A DNA stretch of 64,000 bases from an uncultured Phycisphaerales bacterium (GCA_963758525.1 CAVWVQ010000003.1:1888001-1952000); one strand, 5' to 3'; numbered from the stretch's first letter, positions 41,087 through 51,111 are shown. Program-made: numbers and translations. The notes: generated by a model not told the origin, from the letters alone.

Positions 41087-41652
41087 GACGACAGCTCTTC
41101 ACCATCCTGTCGGCACTATCGCTGTTGCTCGGCGTGATGATGCTTACCGTCATGTTTCTGTGCGGTTGGCCGGAAGGTCGCTGCCATTTCCTGGGAGATC
41201 GCGGCTGGCATCACCAGTGGTTCATCGAAACCGACTACGATGGAGTCTGGCTATGCCGATGGCCGACGTATCTGTTCAACATCGGTGCAATAACATGGAT
41301 TCTGGTTTTTGCCGCGATCCCGAGCCTCGGCGCGTGGACGTGGGGCATGCGATCGCCGCGTCAAAGGCCGTTGCGGGTCCAGCACCGGCCAACGCATCTC
41401 GCCGAACTCGAACTGCCAGGCCGCGTTCTTTTCTACTGCACATCCGTCGCGATCATCTTGTTTCTGATCTCTGAACCGGCAACCATCTTACTCTTTTCGA
41501 TTGTCACACTTGTGGTCGCGGGTCTTTTGACGATTCCACGACGCATGGAGGAGAGGCGACAACGGACGCTTGAGTCGGGTTACTGTCCGACTTGCGGCTA
41601 CGACCTCCGCGCGAGTCCCGATCGATGCCCGGAGTGCGGGAAGCTCCTGTGA
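41083..41652 (+). CDS. Membrane protein with C-terminal zinc ribbon (CxxCGYDLRA family)
   Basis: [16 protein letters not shown]... + [23 protein letters not shown] overlap. Confidence 0.82.
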   Translation: MRRQLFTILSALSLLLGVMMLTVMFLCGWPEGRCHFLGDRGWHHQWFIETDYDGVWLCRWPTYLFNIGAITWILVFAAIPSLGAWTWGMRSPRQRPLRVQHRPTHLAELELPGRVLFYCTSVAIILFLISEPATILLFSIVTLVVAGLLTIPRRMEERRQRTLESGYCPTCGYDLRASPDRCPECGKLL

Positions 41653-41741
41653 CGCCAGAGGGAATCATCATCCGACAAACCCGCACGCTCGACCTCCGTC
41701 GGGCTTCGAGCTCCTAGGGCTGCGGCTGCGACATCGTCCCC

Positions 41742-41859
41742 GTGGCACGGGCATCTTGCCCATGCGAGCGGCACGGTGGGAAAAGAAACGAGGCAGTTCG
41801 TAAGATTCCGATATTCATTACTTCTGATGCACTTTACACGGGCAGGATGCCCGTGCCAC
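41742..41859. repeat. GTGG-type REPIN
   Basis: Near-identical arms and related interior compared with 40456-40573. Confidence 0.9.
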
Positions 41860-41980
41860 AGCGACGCATCTCGCATGGAGGCACACCCGCGCCGAAACTA
41901 GAGAACGCCTCGCTATCAGCCGGACCCGGGGCCGCGGAGGCATGTACCGCCGCGACCCCGGTGGCCGATGAGGGCGCGGC

Positions 41981-42412
41981 TTAGACCGCCAGCACTCCCG
42001 CAAGATTCCGGGAGGCGGCGTTGTACGGCATCTGCTCCGCGCGGAAGAGCTTGAACTTGGCGGCGAGGAAAGCGCCGGCGGTTCCGTTCCCAACGGTAAT
42101 CGCCGGCCGGAGATAGCGCTTGCGGCTGCGGAGATCGATGTCCCATGCCCACAGCGTGTTGCTGTTGGACGATGACGGCAGCGTGCCGCTGACCGAGAAA
42201 TCGCCGCCGGCGACATCCGTCCATGTGCTGTTATCGTCGCTCTCCTGGAGCTTAAAGGTGGTCAGCCCCACGTCGGTGGCGCCCAGTGTGACTTCGAGCG
42301 TCGCATAATCGAAATTCCTCCGGTCGACGCTCGTGACCGTGAAGGAAGCGTTGTTGAGACGGGCCTGCGGAAAAATGCAGGCCACGTCCTTGCTGGTGGT
42401 TGCGGTAATCAT
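41981..42412 (-). CDS. Putative capsid decoration protein
   Basis: 143 aa directly after the capsid gene. VDRRNFD...KLQESDD...W.DV...KRYLR. Confidence 0.72.
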   Translation of the reverse strand: MITATTSKDVACIFPQARLNNASFTVTSVDRRNFDYATLEVTLGATDVGLTTFKLQESDDNSTWTDVAGGDFSVSGTLPSSSNSNTLWAWDIDLRSRKRYLRPAITVGNGTAGAFLAAKFKLFRAEQMPYNAASRNLAGVLAV

Positions 42413-42416
42413 GTAG

Positions 42417-42537
42417 GTACCACGGGTTTCTAACCCGTGTCTTTCTTTTGAGAAGTAAGAGAATCAGAGCGGCGCTTTTTGCATGCAACGCCGCTCTGAC
42501 TCCCGCGTCGCCGGCACGGGTTGGAAACCCGTGTTAC
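42417..42537. repeat. CACGGGTT..AACCCGTG-family REPIN
   Basis: GTACCACGGGTTTCTAACCCGTG...CACGGGTTGGAAACCCGTGTTAC. Confidence 0.85.
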
Positions 42538-43975
42538 GAGGCGGCGGTGACCAGGCCCACAATCGGCCCGGCAACGTTGCCAGCCGAAGCGCTCTTGGGA
42601 GTTCCCTGGCCGGCGATTGAATCGCCGACGTCGTGCACCACGATGTCGAAGCGCTCCGTCCCGCGGATGACGATCTCGTCCTGCTCGAAGGCGTTCAGCG
42701 CGTGTTCGCTCATCTGAATCGTCGTCAGGCGACGATCGCCAAGACTCGCGGCCATGCGCAGGTTGCCGAAGAGGCATGCGACCTGATTGACGGCCGAGGT
42801 CTTGGGCATCACCTGCGAGACGATCACGGGGTATCCCAGGAACGTCTTGACCAGCGCGCCGTTTTCAATCTCGGCGATGCGATTGCCGCCCGCCGCGGTG
42901 GCGAGCTTCTGCATCACCGAACCCCAGAAAAACTTGGAGCAGTACCAACTGGTCTCTCCGGGGACGTCGGCGTATTCCGGCAGAGAGCCGACCACGCGGT
43001 TGAAATCCGACAGCGCGATCGACCCATAGCCGCTGCCATACCCGGTGCCGCTGGCGGTGATGAGGCCGCTGACATTGGCGGGCGTGCCGGGAAACACATT
43101 GAGCAGCGCGTTGGTGACGCCGACGATGCCTCCATACGTGCTGGTGCCGTCGCCGGTGAAGCCGCACTGATCTTCCTTGAGCGCAAACGCATAGGCGATT
43201 TCGCCGGCCAGGTCGTCGCCGATGTTCAGCACGGCGTCTTCATTCAGCTCGTTGCTGTACTTGGTCAGAACCATCAGCTTCTTGGCCGTCATCCGCACGC
43301 GGTCCCAGGTCTTGTCCGCGAGCGTGGCCGCGGTGCTTTCGCCGACGAAGTAGGCGGTCACGCCGTTGACTCGGCGCGGATCGGAGCGGGTGTCGGAAGC
43401 CATCGGGACGATCTTCGCGTTCTGGCGAAACACGCCAAACTTCTCGCGCAGATCGATCAGGTCGTTCTGGAACTCATCGGGCACCAGGAAACCGCTGCTG
43501 GTGTTGACGTTCTCCCGCTGGGTCTTGGCGTGCACGTCATCGACGAGCGGAATTCCCTGCTTCTGACAGAAATCGACAGCGGTCTTCTTGCCGTAGACCC
43601 CCAGGCAAAACATTCCAAACCGATAGGCGCGCTCGTCGGCGTTCTTCCCCGTGAAATTGCGCAGCGAACTGTACCGCTTGGCCGTCGCCGGCACTTCAAA
43701 CGCCGGCGAGTCAGGATCGCTCGCCTGCGGAATCCCCGTACGCCGCGCCGGCGAAGATCCTTGCGCAGCTCCGCGAAACCCTCGGCCACTGCGCTCTGGA
43801 CGAACTGCGAGAGCGTCCCCTTCAGCTCTGTTGCCGCCGCGGCGATCTCCGCCGGCGCTTCGGCTTGCGAGGCCACCTCGGCATCGATGAGCGCATTGCC
43901 GGCGTCCTCTTCAATCTGCACGATCTCCCCGGCAGGATGCCCCTTCACGGCTTTCAAATACTTGATCCACATCAT
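42534..43975 (-). CDS. HK97-fold major capsid protein with N-terminal scaffold-like region (frameshift ~43755)
   Basis: SGFLVPDEFQNDLIDLRE...AYFVGES...AKKL......SNELNED...FTGDGT...LGYPV...FGNL...IRGTERFD. GGAG RBS at 43982. Confidence 0.9.
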
Positions 43976-44060
43976 GGTTGTCTCCAATGCAGTCGGCGAA
44001 CGATCGCCAACTGCGGGTTGCAGGTTTTCGCAGCACCGCTTTCAGACAATGCCGCATTCA

Positions 44061-44124
44061 GTAGGGCGGGATTCATCCCGCCGTCATTTCGCTCCGCGGG
44101 ACGGCGGGATGAATCCCGCCCTAC
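44061..44124. repeat. GTAG REPIN
   Basis: GTAGGGCGGGATTCATCCCGCCG...CGGCGGGATGAATCCCGCCCTAC. Arms identical to 61033-61100. Confidence 0.92.
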
Positions 44125-44269
44125 TGACATTGCGCAGACAGGACTGCGCTCCGTAGGTTTTGGACGAATCGGCTGCCTGGCATCTCCAGATGACCCAGGC
44201 CTGAATGCTCCAGCCCGATGCGATCGAGCCTGCATTCCCCGGCGAGTCTTCCTGACGCCGCCAACAGCC

Positions 44270-45146
44270 TTAGCAGACGCGGCCCGTTGCCGCGCAAAAC
44301 ACATCTCTGATTTGCTGACGAACCTGCTGCGCAACCTCCGGCTGAAGGCGCGCCAGTTGACGCTCCAATGCCGTGCGCAGCGTGGCGGAGCGAACAAATG
44401 CTCCGCTCTCTTCTTCGATGATCTCTTGAGGAGTGACTTCCCCTTGCGCCGGCGGTTGCGGGCTCTTCTGCACCGCCGACATCTCCAAAAGCAACGTCGC
44501 CAGTGGCTCGTCGATCAGACCGATCTCGCGGCCCTTCGCAACCGCCTGCATCTGCGCTTCGGGATTGCACGGCACCGGAGCGACCGCATATTCCAGCCCC
44601 GCCGCCTTGTCGATGATCGGGACGCCTGCCAGTTCCGGCCGGCGTTGCCGCTCCTCGGCCGTCGCTTCGCGAATGCTCAATGGGAGGAAGCCGATGCTTT
44701 TCCCCGTGCACGTCGCCACCGGCTGCTGCATCAAATGCAGCACCGCGGACGGAAGCCACGGCGCGCCCTCACCCCAATCGGCGGGCCTGGGGGGATAGTG
44801 CGTCTTGGCAATCAGCCCGTTGCCTCGGCTGCGCATCCACCAGTTGCTTCCCACTGGAAGCTGGTCGTAGCGATGGGCAAAGGTCACCACGCGGTTGTAA
44901 CCCGACCAGTCGATGCCGCCGGGCAGCACGACTTCTCCGTCGTGGTCGAGCGCGTCGGTGGTGATCACGCTCACGTCGGTCCGCTCGCCGGGATCGAGGC
45001 GAAACTCGTCGCTCTTGCGCAATCCGCCGATAGACGAAATCCTTCGGCAGATTGCCGGCCAATTCTTCGATGCGCCGGGCAGTGCCCTCAGGCATCTGAT
45101 GGCCGCCAGGGCCTTCAACGATCGGACCGTTCATCTTGTGTTTCAT
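44270..45146 (-). CDS. HK97-type prohead protease (frameshift ~45020)
   Basis: ITTDALDHDGEVVLPGG, FAH...LPVG, KSIGFLP, LEYAVAPVPCNPEA. Confidence 0.85.
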
Positions 45147-45187
45147 GCCAATCTCTCTGATAGACAAAAGCGATAAAAGTCATCCCT

Positions 45188-45268
45188 CCGCGCCGAGTCT
45201 GAGGTACTCCGAAGGCTCGGATTTCTGCGCGCGATCCGAGCCTTCGGAGTACCTCAGACTCGGCGCGG
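45188..45268. repeat. Perfect ~35-bp-stem hairpin repeat
   Basis: CCGCGCCGAGTCTGAGGTACTCCGAAGGCTCGGAT, 11-nt loop, then its exact reverse complement. Degenerate copy at 53789-53867. Confidence 0.9.
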
Positions 45269-45287
45269 GGTGGACGAATACGGGCTT

Positions 45288-46679
45288 TTACTCGGGCACG
45301 AGTGGCTTGCCCGCGCCATCGACGGCCACCATATCGGCCGGCGCCAGCGGCTGATCTCCCCACGGCACCGGGCTCAAACCGAGGCTGGCGCGAATTTCGT
45401 TGCGCGTCAGCGCGCCGCTCGCGGCCGCAGCGCGGGATTGCTCGAAGAGAAATGCTTCATCCTCGCGCACCGGGCTGTCGTAGGCGACGAACAGCCGGCC
45501 GCTCGGATCGAACATCGGCAGCAGCCGGGCGTTGAGCGTCTCCTCGTTCCGCAGGCATCTCGGAATGCCGGCATCTTTCGAGTGCGCGTAGTCCGCGGTG
45601 CGCGCCGCCGCGAGATTGGCGGCGTTGCGCTCGAGCTTCGCGTCGGGAACTCCAAAGACGTTGCAGATGTCCGTTTTGATCGAGCGGGCGCGCTCGATCT
45701 CGACGATGTCCTGCGGCGCCCACTGCAGCGGCTGCAGGGTTCCGGGAAATTCGCTGACCAGCAGCCCCCCGCGTCCCGCCTGTGAGAAGGAGGCCTTGAA
45801 CGCGCTTCGCACCCGCTGCGCCTCGGCCGATCCGATGCCGCCTCCTTCACTGTCCCCTTTTGGCGACCAGACCACGTCGGGCCGGCCCATGTTGTCCAGC
45901 ATCGCGTTGATGTGCGCGTCCTCCTTGCGGGTGATGCGGATCTTTTCGATCGACGCCATCAGCGGCGAGTATCCGCCGTAATAGGGATGGTCGGGATCGG
46001 GAAAGTGAAACTTGATCACATCGCCCGGCTGGTACCGTGCGCCAGTGCCTCCGCCATATTCGTACGCGAGAAGCAGGCGTTGCCCGGATGGGTCGCCGAT
46101 CTCGCGGACCAGGTGCGGGCGCAGGAGCCAGAGTTGCCTGGGAACGCCCAGTCCGTCCCGCTCGATCAGCCAATACGCCCGGCCGACTGACTCCAGATAG
46201 AGCTGAGTCATCCACCGCAGATCAAATCCGCACAGCCCGCCGATGTCGGGATCGGGATTGGGCCGTTTGAGCAACTCCAGCAGCGGATGATCGGTGACCT
46301 CTTCAACCAGCGTGTCGCCCGCGACGTAGTGCGCCACTCCCGGATCGTCCTTGAGGCGCTGCAGCGTTTTGCGATTGAGCGCCACCGGACGGAGATATTC
46401 CTTGGCCGTCGGTTCGCCGGGACGCGTGCGGACATACAGCCGCAGCCGCGTTGACGCGACCATGTCCGCGTTCAGCGTGGCACACGCATACGCGGTACCG
46501 ATCAGTTGCTGAACCAGCTCGCGCGGCAGCGGCGCGCGGTTCTTGCGGAACGCATCCGTGTACTGCGCGCCCAGCGGCAGCAGATCAAACCACGACTCCG
46601 CCCCGCCCGTCGGCGGCGCCTTTACGTACGTCCCATCCCCCAGCGGAGCAAGCGTCAGACTATAAATCGGTTCAAACAT
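45288..46679 (-). CDS. HK97-family phage portal protein
   Basis: HPLLELLKRPNP, GRAYW, LWLLRP, VIKF, G.SPL, ICNVFGVP, LTRNEIRASLGLSPVPWGD. Confidence 0.93.
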   Translation of the reverse strand: MFEPIYSLTLAPLGDGTYVKAPPTGGAESWFDLLPLGAQYTDAFRKNRAPLPRELVQQLIGTAYACATLNADMVASTRLRLYVRTRPGEPTAKEYLRPVALNRKTLQRLKDDPGVAHYVAGDTLVEEVTDHPLLELLKRPNPDPDIGGLCGFDLRWMTQLYLESVGRAYWLIERDGLGVPRQLWLLRPHLVREIGDPSGQRLLLAYEYGGGTGARYQPGDVIKFHFPDPDHPYYGGYSPLMASIEKIRITRKEDAHINAMLDNMGRPDVVWSPKGDSEGGGIGSAEAQRVRSAFKASFSQAGRGGLLVSEFPGTLQPLQWAPQDIVEIERARSIKTDICNVFGVPDAKLERNAANLAAARTADYAHSKDAGIPRCLRNEETLNARLLPMFDPSGRLFVAYDSPVREDEAFLFEQSRAAAASGALTRNEIRASLGLSPVPWGDQPLAPADMVAVDGAGKPLVPE

Positions 46680-46700
46680 AGTGGTCTATGAACCTTTCCC

Positions 46701-46822
46701 GTGGCACGGGCGTCCCGCCCGCGTTAGCGACGTGGTGGGAGAGGCAGCCTGGAATTCCGCATCGCCAAATCTGAGTGCATCTACTTCTGATGCACCCAAC
46801 ACGGGCGGGACGCCCGTGCCAC
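46701..46822. repeat. GTGG-type REPIN
   Basis: GTGGCACGGGCGTCCCGCCCG...ACTTCTGATGCAC...CACGGGCGGGACGCCCGTGCCAC. Confidence 0.88.
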
Positions 46823-46834
46823 GCGGAACGGGAC

Positions 46835-48394
46835 TCAAGTTTCAGAGCTTGACGCCGCGGATACATCCATTCGCTGCACTTCCATCGCGGCATACGCCAG
46901 CGCGTCCACCTGATCCGCGTATTGCCCGCGGGGGAACAGCAGCAGCTCCTGCTCGAGTGCGAAGAGAAATGCCGCTTCGCGCGGGAAGTAAATCTGTCCA
47001 TTGGCCATTCGGATCTCGGCGGTTTCGCTGCGGGCGGCTTTGCTTCCCCTGGCCTTGATCGGCTTCACCGTCACACCGCTTCGCTTCAGCGTCTGCACGA
47101 TTCCCAGGCCGATGCCGTCCTTCTCCACGGCGATGAAGTCAACATGGAACTCCTTGAAAAGCCTGATCGCGGTCTCTGCCGCCGTGGGTGTCTGCACCTG
47201 CCCGCGAAACTGATGGACCAGAACCAGTTCATTTTCCGGAGTGACGTCCCACACCTGGATGACTGTGTAACAAGGCCGGCTGTCGCCGCCCGCTTCCGCC
47301 CCGGCCGGGTCCATCACGGCAAACCGCCGGCATGCGTCCGCGGCCACTCGCCGGGTCTTTCCCTCGGGCATGCACAGTTCGTAAGAAATTACAATCTCAT
47401 TGGCGGCAACCTTGCGATAGTAGCGAAACCATTCAGAGCGAAACCGCCCGCCTCCCGCCGGCGTCGGGCGCTGCTGAAACTGCCCGCAATAACCCTCCGG
47501 CCCCAGCCGCAGTTTCGTGTCCGCGATCTGCGCCGGCCCGACGCGGGCCGGCCAGAGCAGTTCGCCGTCGCTTGCCCGCGGGTCGGTCCAGCCGATCGAC
47601 GTAACGCAACGCCGATCGCTTTCAAACTCGGCCGGCAGCAGAAGATGCTCATAGCCGCCCTGCTTGAGCACGTGCCCGCTCAAGTCGGCCTCGTGCAGGC
47701 GCTGCATGACGATCACGCGGGCGCCGGTTCGCGGGTCGTTGAGGCGGGTGCTCATCGTCTGATCCCACCAGATCAGCGCCGCCTCGCGGGCGGCGTTGCT
47801 CTCCCGCTGATTGATGCGATGCGGATCGTCAACGATGACGCGATCGCCCCCTTCTCCGGTCGCGGCGCCTCCAACGCTCGTGGCGATGCGATGCCCGCCG
47901 CAATCATTTTCAAACCGTCCTTTCGCATGCTGGTCTTTCCTGATCTGAAAGCGATCCTGCCAGCGATGTTGAAACCAGGGCGATTGAATCAATCGGCGGC
48001 ACTTGAGCGAATCGCGAACCGACAGCGACAGCGCGTAAGCGCTGAACAGCCAGCGCCGATGCGGATGCGCAATCCATTCCCACACCGGCCAGAAGACGCA
48101 GATCGACAGGCTTTTGCAGTGACGCGGGGGAAGATTGACCAACAGGTTGCGAATCTGCCCGCGCGTCACGCCCTCAAGATGCTCGGCGATCGCGTCGAGG
48201 TGCCAGCCGGGAACGAAATCCGTCGCCGGTTCGAGAACATGCCACGCCTGGCGAATGAAGACCGAGAGCGACTTCTCCGCCCGCGCGGTCAGTTCCGCAC
48301 TGATTCTCCGGCGATCTTGGGGGCTACAGCATCTCTTGCTCTGATCGGATTCTTCGGCTGCGGACCCGGGAACTCGCTGCTGAGGAGGCTCCAT
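46835..48394 (-). CDS. terL: Phage terminase large subunit
   Basis: NLPPRHCKS (Walker A), TGEGGDRVIVDDP, MQRLHEADL, QFQQRP, MDPA, VEKDGIG, FP.G..ADQVDA. Confidence 0.93.
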   Translation of the reverse strand: MEPPQQRVPGSAAEESDQSKRCCSPQDRRRISAELTARAEKSLSVFIRQAWHVLEPATDFVPGWHLDAIAEHLEGVTRGQIRNLLVNLPPRHCKSLSICVFWPVWEWIAHPHRRWLFSAYALSLSVRDSLKCRRLIQSPWFQHRWQDRFQIRKDQHAKGRFENDCGGHRIATSVGGAATGEGGDRVIVDDPHRINQRESNAAREAALIWWDQTMSTRLNDPRTGARVIVMQRLHEADLSGHVLKQGGYEHLLLPAEFESDRRCVTSIGWTDPRASDGELLWPARVGPAQIADTKLRLGPEGYCGQFQQRPTPAGGGRFRSEWFRYYRKVAANEIVISYELCMPEGKTRRVAADACRRFAVMDPAGAEAGGDSRPCYTVIQVWDVTPENELVLVHQFRGQVQTPTAAETAIRLFKEFHVDFIAVEKDGIGLGIVQTLKRSGVTVKPIKARGSKAARSETAEIRMANGQIYFPREAAFLFALEQELLLFPRGQYADQVDALAYAAMEVQRMDVSAASSSET

Positions 48395-49530
48395 TCATTT
48401 CACGATCGCAACCGCTCCAAACGCGATAGCTTCCTTTAGCCGCGGCGGCCCTACATACTCGAATCCCGCGGTGATCCGCGCAGAACCGGCAGTGCGTCGC
48501 ATCCCTGGCGTGCGACTGGTTCTGCCAAGGCTCGCGGCGATCCCCGGGCCGCGGCGCATGCGCCACAACGGCGATCGCATTCTGTGGGCGATCATTCCGG
48601 GATGCGACGTGGTGCTGAAATAGGGCCGGCCGGTCGCGACGTAGAGACTGGCGACAAATTCGCTCATCGCGTTGCCGATCCCAATGCCCTGGAAATCGGG
48701 GAGACAGACGGTGCGATGCTCGCGCCACCCCGGGCGAATCGCATGCGGATGGGCCAGCACCGCGGTAAACACCGCCGGACGCCCCTGGACGGATCCGACG
48801 TAACAAGCAGCCGACCGGTGCAGATTGCCGCTTAGATAATGATGATGCTTGAAGATCGGCCAGAGTGATTGGTCCGTCCGACCGCAGCACAATTCGATGC
48901 GCGGCCGCCGAAGCCGCCCCCTTGCGAGCGTCCGGCTCGCCATGTCCAGCACCCAATTTGGCTCCAGCCAATCGACGACATCATGGTGACAAGTCACCGC
49001 GACGAGCCGCCTGGCGATACCGAGCGCCGGCCGAAAGCGAATCGCTTTTGACGTCGCGGCAGAAGCGATCTTCGCAACCGTCCGATCCACAACGCTGCTG
49101 AACTCGTCGAACACCACCAGCGGGCCGCCGAGCAGAAGCGCCGCGCCAATTCGCAGCGGAACTTCTCGCCGTTACTCAGCACCGCATGCGGCTTGAGCCA
49201 CGCCGGCGCGCTGCTGAGGCCGACGGCAGTCAGGACACGCGTGATGAGTTTGATCGGCAGCGTGCCGAAACAGTCGATCACCGCGCAATCGGTCGGCCAT
49301 GCTGCCGGCTGATAGAGACTCTCGCCGAACGCCGCGCGTGCGATTGTGCTCTTGCCAGCCCCCGAAGGGCCCACGATCACGCCGATATCCCAAGCCTCAT
49401 CGAGCCCCGGCACCTCCGCGGAGAATTGCTCGCAGGCGCGCTGCTCCACCGGCACGTCGAATAATCCCGCGACCTGCCGTACGCGAAAGCTGTCGTACAC
49501 CGGACATTCGACTGTGAGATTGAGTTGCAT
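48395..49530 (-). CDS. ABC-type ATPase-GNAT acetyltransferase fusion (frameshift ~49140)
   Basis: GPSGAGKST, LSNGEKFR, FDEFSSVVDR, TCH.D, FKHHHYL, RTVCLPDFQGIGIG (acetyl-CoA binding). Confidence 0.85.
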
Positions 49531-49543
49531 GTACGTGGCACGC

Positions 49544-49664
49544 GTGGCACGGGCGTCCCGCCCGTGTCAGTTGGGTTGAAATTACGAGCAACTGGTGGTT
49601 TCGGGGAAACTGAATTCTCTTGACTCTGATGTCGTCCGCATGGGCGGCGGGACGCCCATGCCAC
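49544..49664. repeat. GTGG-type REPIN
   Basis: GTGGCACGGGCGTCCCGCCCGTG...GGGACGCCCATGCCAC. Confidence 0.85.
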
Positions 49665-49669
49665 GAATA

Positions 49670-50194
49670 TCAGCCCACCAGAAGGCGGCAGGCCAAGCCT
49701 TCGGTTGTCAGGCGTTCGTACAGCTTCTGCTGTTCGTCTTCGCTGCCGCATTCGACGACGATCTGAAACTGCGCGGTCCACTCCTGCTCCGTGGCCGCGG
49801 GGGCGGGCGCGGGAGATTCGCCGTTCAACTTCTCGATCTCCTTTGGCGTGAATCCGACGTCGCCCAGTTCTGCGTGCTCGAGCAATTGCGCCAGTGTTCG
49901 ATCGTCCCATTCCGCCAGCTCCGCGGTGCGGTTGTCGGCGATGGCGAACGCGGTCGCCTCCACCGATGCGAGGGAGGTCTGCACGACGCTGACGTGCGTC
50001 CAACCGAGTTCCCGGGCTGCCAGCAGTGTCCCATTTCCTGCCCGGACGACGTTCGCCGCGTCCACGACGATCGGCTTTTGCTGGCCGAAACGGGCGAGCG
50101 AGCTCTTGATCGCCTCGACGTTGCGACGCGGATGGCGGCGTGCGTTCGCGGGATCGGCAGAAAGCCGTTCGATCTCGACAAGTTCGATTTGCAT
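49670..50194 (-). CDS. Phage-type ParB/Srx N-terminal domain protein
   Basis: DPANARRH...IKSSLARFGQQKPIVVD...AGNGTL.AA..LG...IADNRTAELAEWD. Confidence 0.88.
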   Translation of the reverse strand: MQIELVEIERLSADPANARRHPRRNVEAIKSSLARFGQQKPIVVDAANVVRAGNGTLLAARELGWTHVSVVQTSLASVEATAFAIADNRTAELAEWDDRTLAQLLEHAELGDVGFTPKEIEKLNGESPAPAPAATEQEWTAQFQIVVECGSEDEQQKLYERLTTEGLACRLLVG

Positions 50195-50215
50195 GCGGAG
50201 GAGCGTTCCAGTCGT

Positions 50216-50509
50216 TCAAATGCGTGCGACGATTCCGTGATCGATGGTCGCCGTGCTGTCGCTCTTGGCAGTGACCTGGAGAATGGAGTTGGTTCCGAGC
50301 CGGAAGTAAAGCGGCGGATCGCCGGGCGCGATGCCGACGAACTCCGTCGGAGCGTGCAATCCGCCGACGTTGACCAGCACATTTCCTGCGCTGGAGGCGC
50401 GATTTTTGACCATGTAGGTAGTGCAAGCCCCGCCATCGCCGCCGCCGGCGGCGTTGAAGAGAACGGTCGGCGTGGTCGTGAGAGAAACTCCGTTGCCCGC
50501 GGTGGCCAT
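50216..50509 (-). CDS. Small beta-rich phage-associated protein
   Basis: 97 aa, GGAG RBS, co-oriented with the cluster. Confidence 0.65.
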   Translation of the reverse strand: MATAGNGVSLTTTPTVLFNAAGGGDGGACTTYMVKNRASSAGNVLVNVGGLHAPTEFVGIAPGDPPLYFRLGTNSILQVTAKSDSTATIDHGIVARI

Positions 50510-50640
50510 GTGAGCTCCGATCGGATTGGAAACAGGAACCGGCATCCTCATAGGTTCGCGAAAATGCGAATACGCGCTCCGCTCCGCGTCGCGACTAACC
50601 TTGGGGGAAGTGAAAGAACCCCCGCACACGAGCGTCTTTC

Positions 50641-50740
50641 TCCCTCCCCTGGTACTGGGGGAGGGCCGGGGTGGGGGCGCCGAGCACTTGCCGGCGAAAA
50701 CCCCCACCCTAACCCTCCCCCGGAGTACCAGGGGAGGGGA
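50641..50740. repeat. CCCCCACCCTAACCCTCCCCC-type inverted repeat
   Basis: TCCCTCCCCTGGTACT..GGGGGAGGG..GGGGTGGGGG / CCCCCACCCTAACCCTCCCCCGGAGTACCAGGGGAGGGGA. Confidence 0.85.
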
Positions 50741-50862
50741 CAAGACGTGACAAAGCGCAGCCGCTTCCGCCGCTCCCGAAGGAGCCGGGTGCGCGGCGTG
50801 CAGCCGGGCAGTGGTATTCAATGGTATTCAATGCGCTGGTGCCTCCAACACTCTCCGCGATA

Positions 50863-50994
50863 TCAATCCAGGGCGAGCCCCAGCGCGATGCCGCCGATTT
50901 CAAACGGCACTTCCGCGGCGCTGGTCGTGGATCGCACAGCGGCCGCGACGAGGTAACCGGATGGAAATTCGATGAAGATGCCGTGGGGGAACAT
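50863..50994 (-). CDS. Possible 43-aa phage-associated peptide
   Basis: MFPHGIFIEFPSGYLVAAAV...LGLALD*. Below the ORF-track cut-off; co-oriented. Confidence 0.35.
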   Translation of the reverse strand: MFPHGIFIEFPSGYLVAAAVRSTTSAAEVPFEIGGIALGLALD

Positions 50995-51111
50995 GGGTGA
51001 AGAGAGGGACTAAGGGACTGAGGGACGAAGGGAATGCGGGACCAAGTGGAGAGAATATGGCACTCACCGCCGCTGGTGATTTTCTCTGGGCTCCCTTCGT
51101 CCGTCCTGCGT

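Noticed and set aside
43700..43790. Programmed frameshift between scaffold and capsid
   Set aside because: No slippery heptamer is visible, and similar indels occur throughout housekeeping genes.
42534..43975. Encapsulin nanocompartment
   Set aside because: The shell gene comes with terminase, portal, protease and neck genes, which indicates a DNA-packaging head.
48994..49530. ABC transporter
   Set aside because: No permease is nearby. The ATPase continues into a GNAT domain in a phage packaging context.
49670..50194. Chromosome or plasmid partition system
   Set aside because: Only the ParB N-terminal domain is present, with no HTH, parA or parS seen. It is the phage-type ParB.
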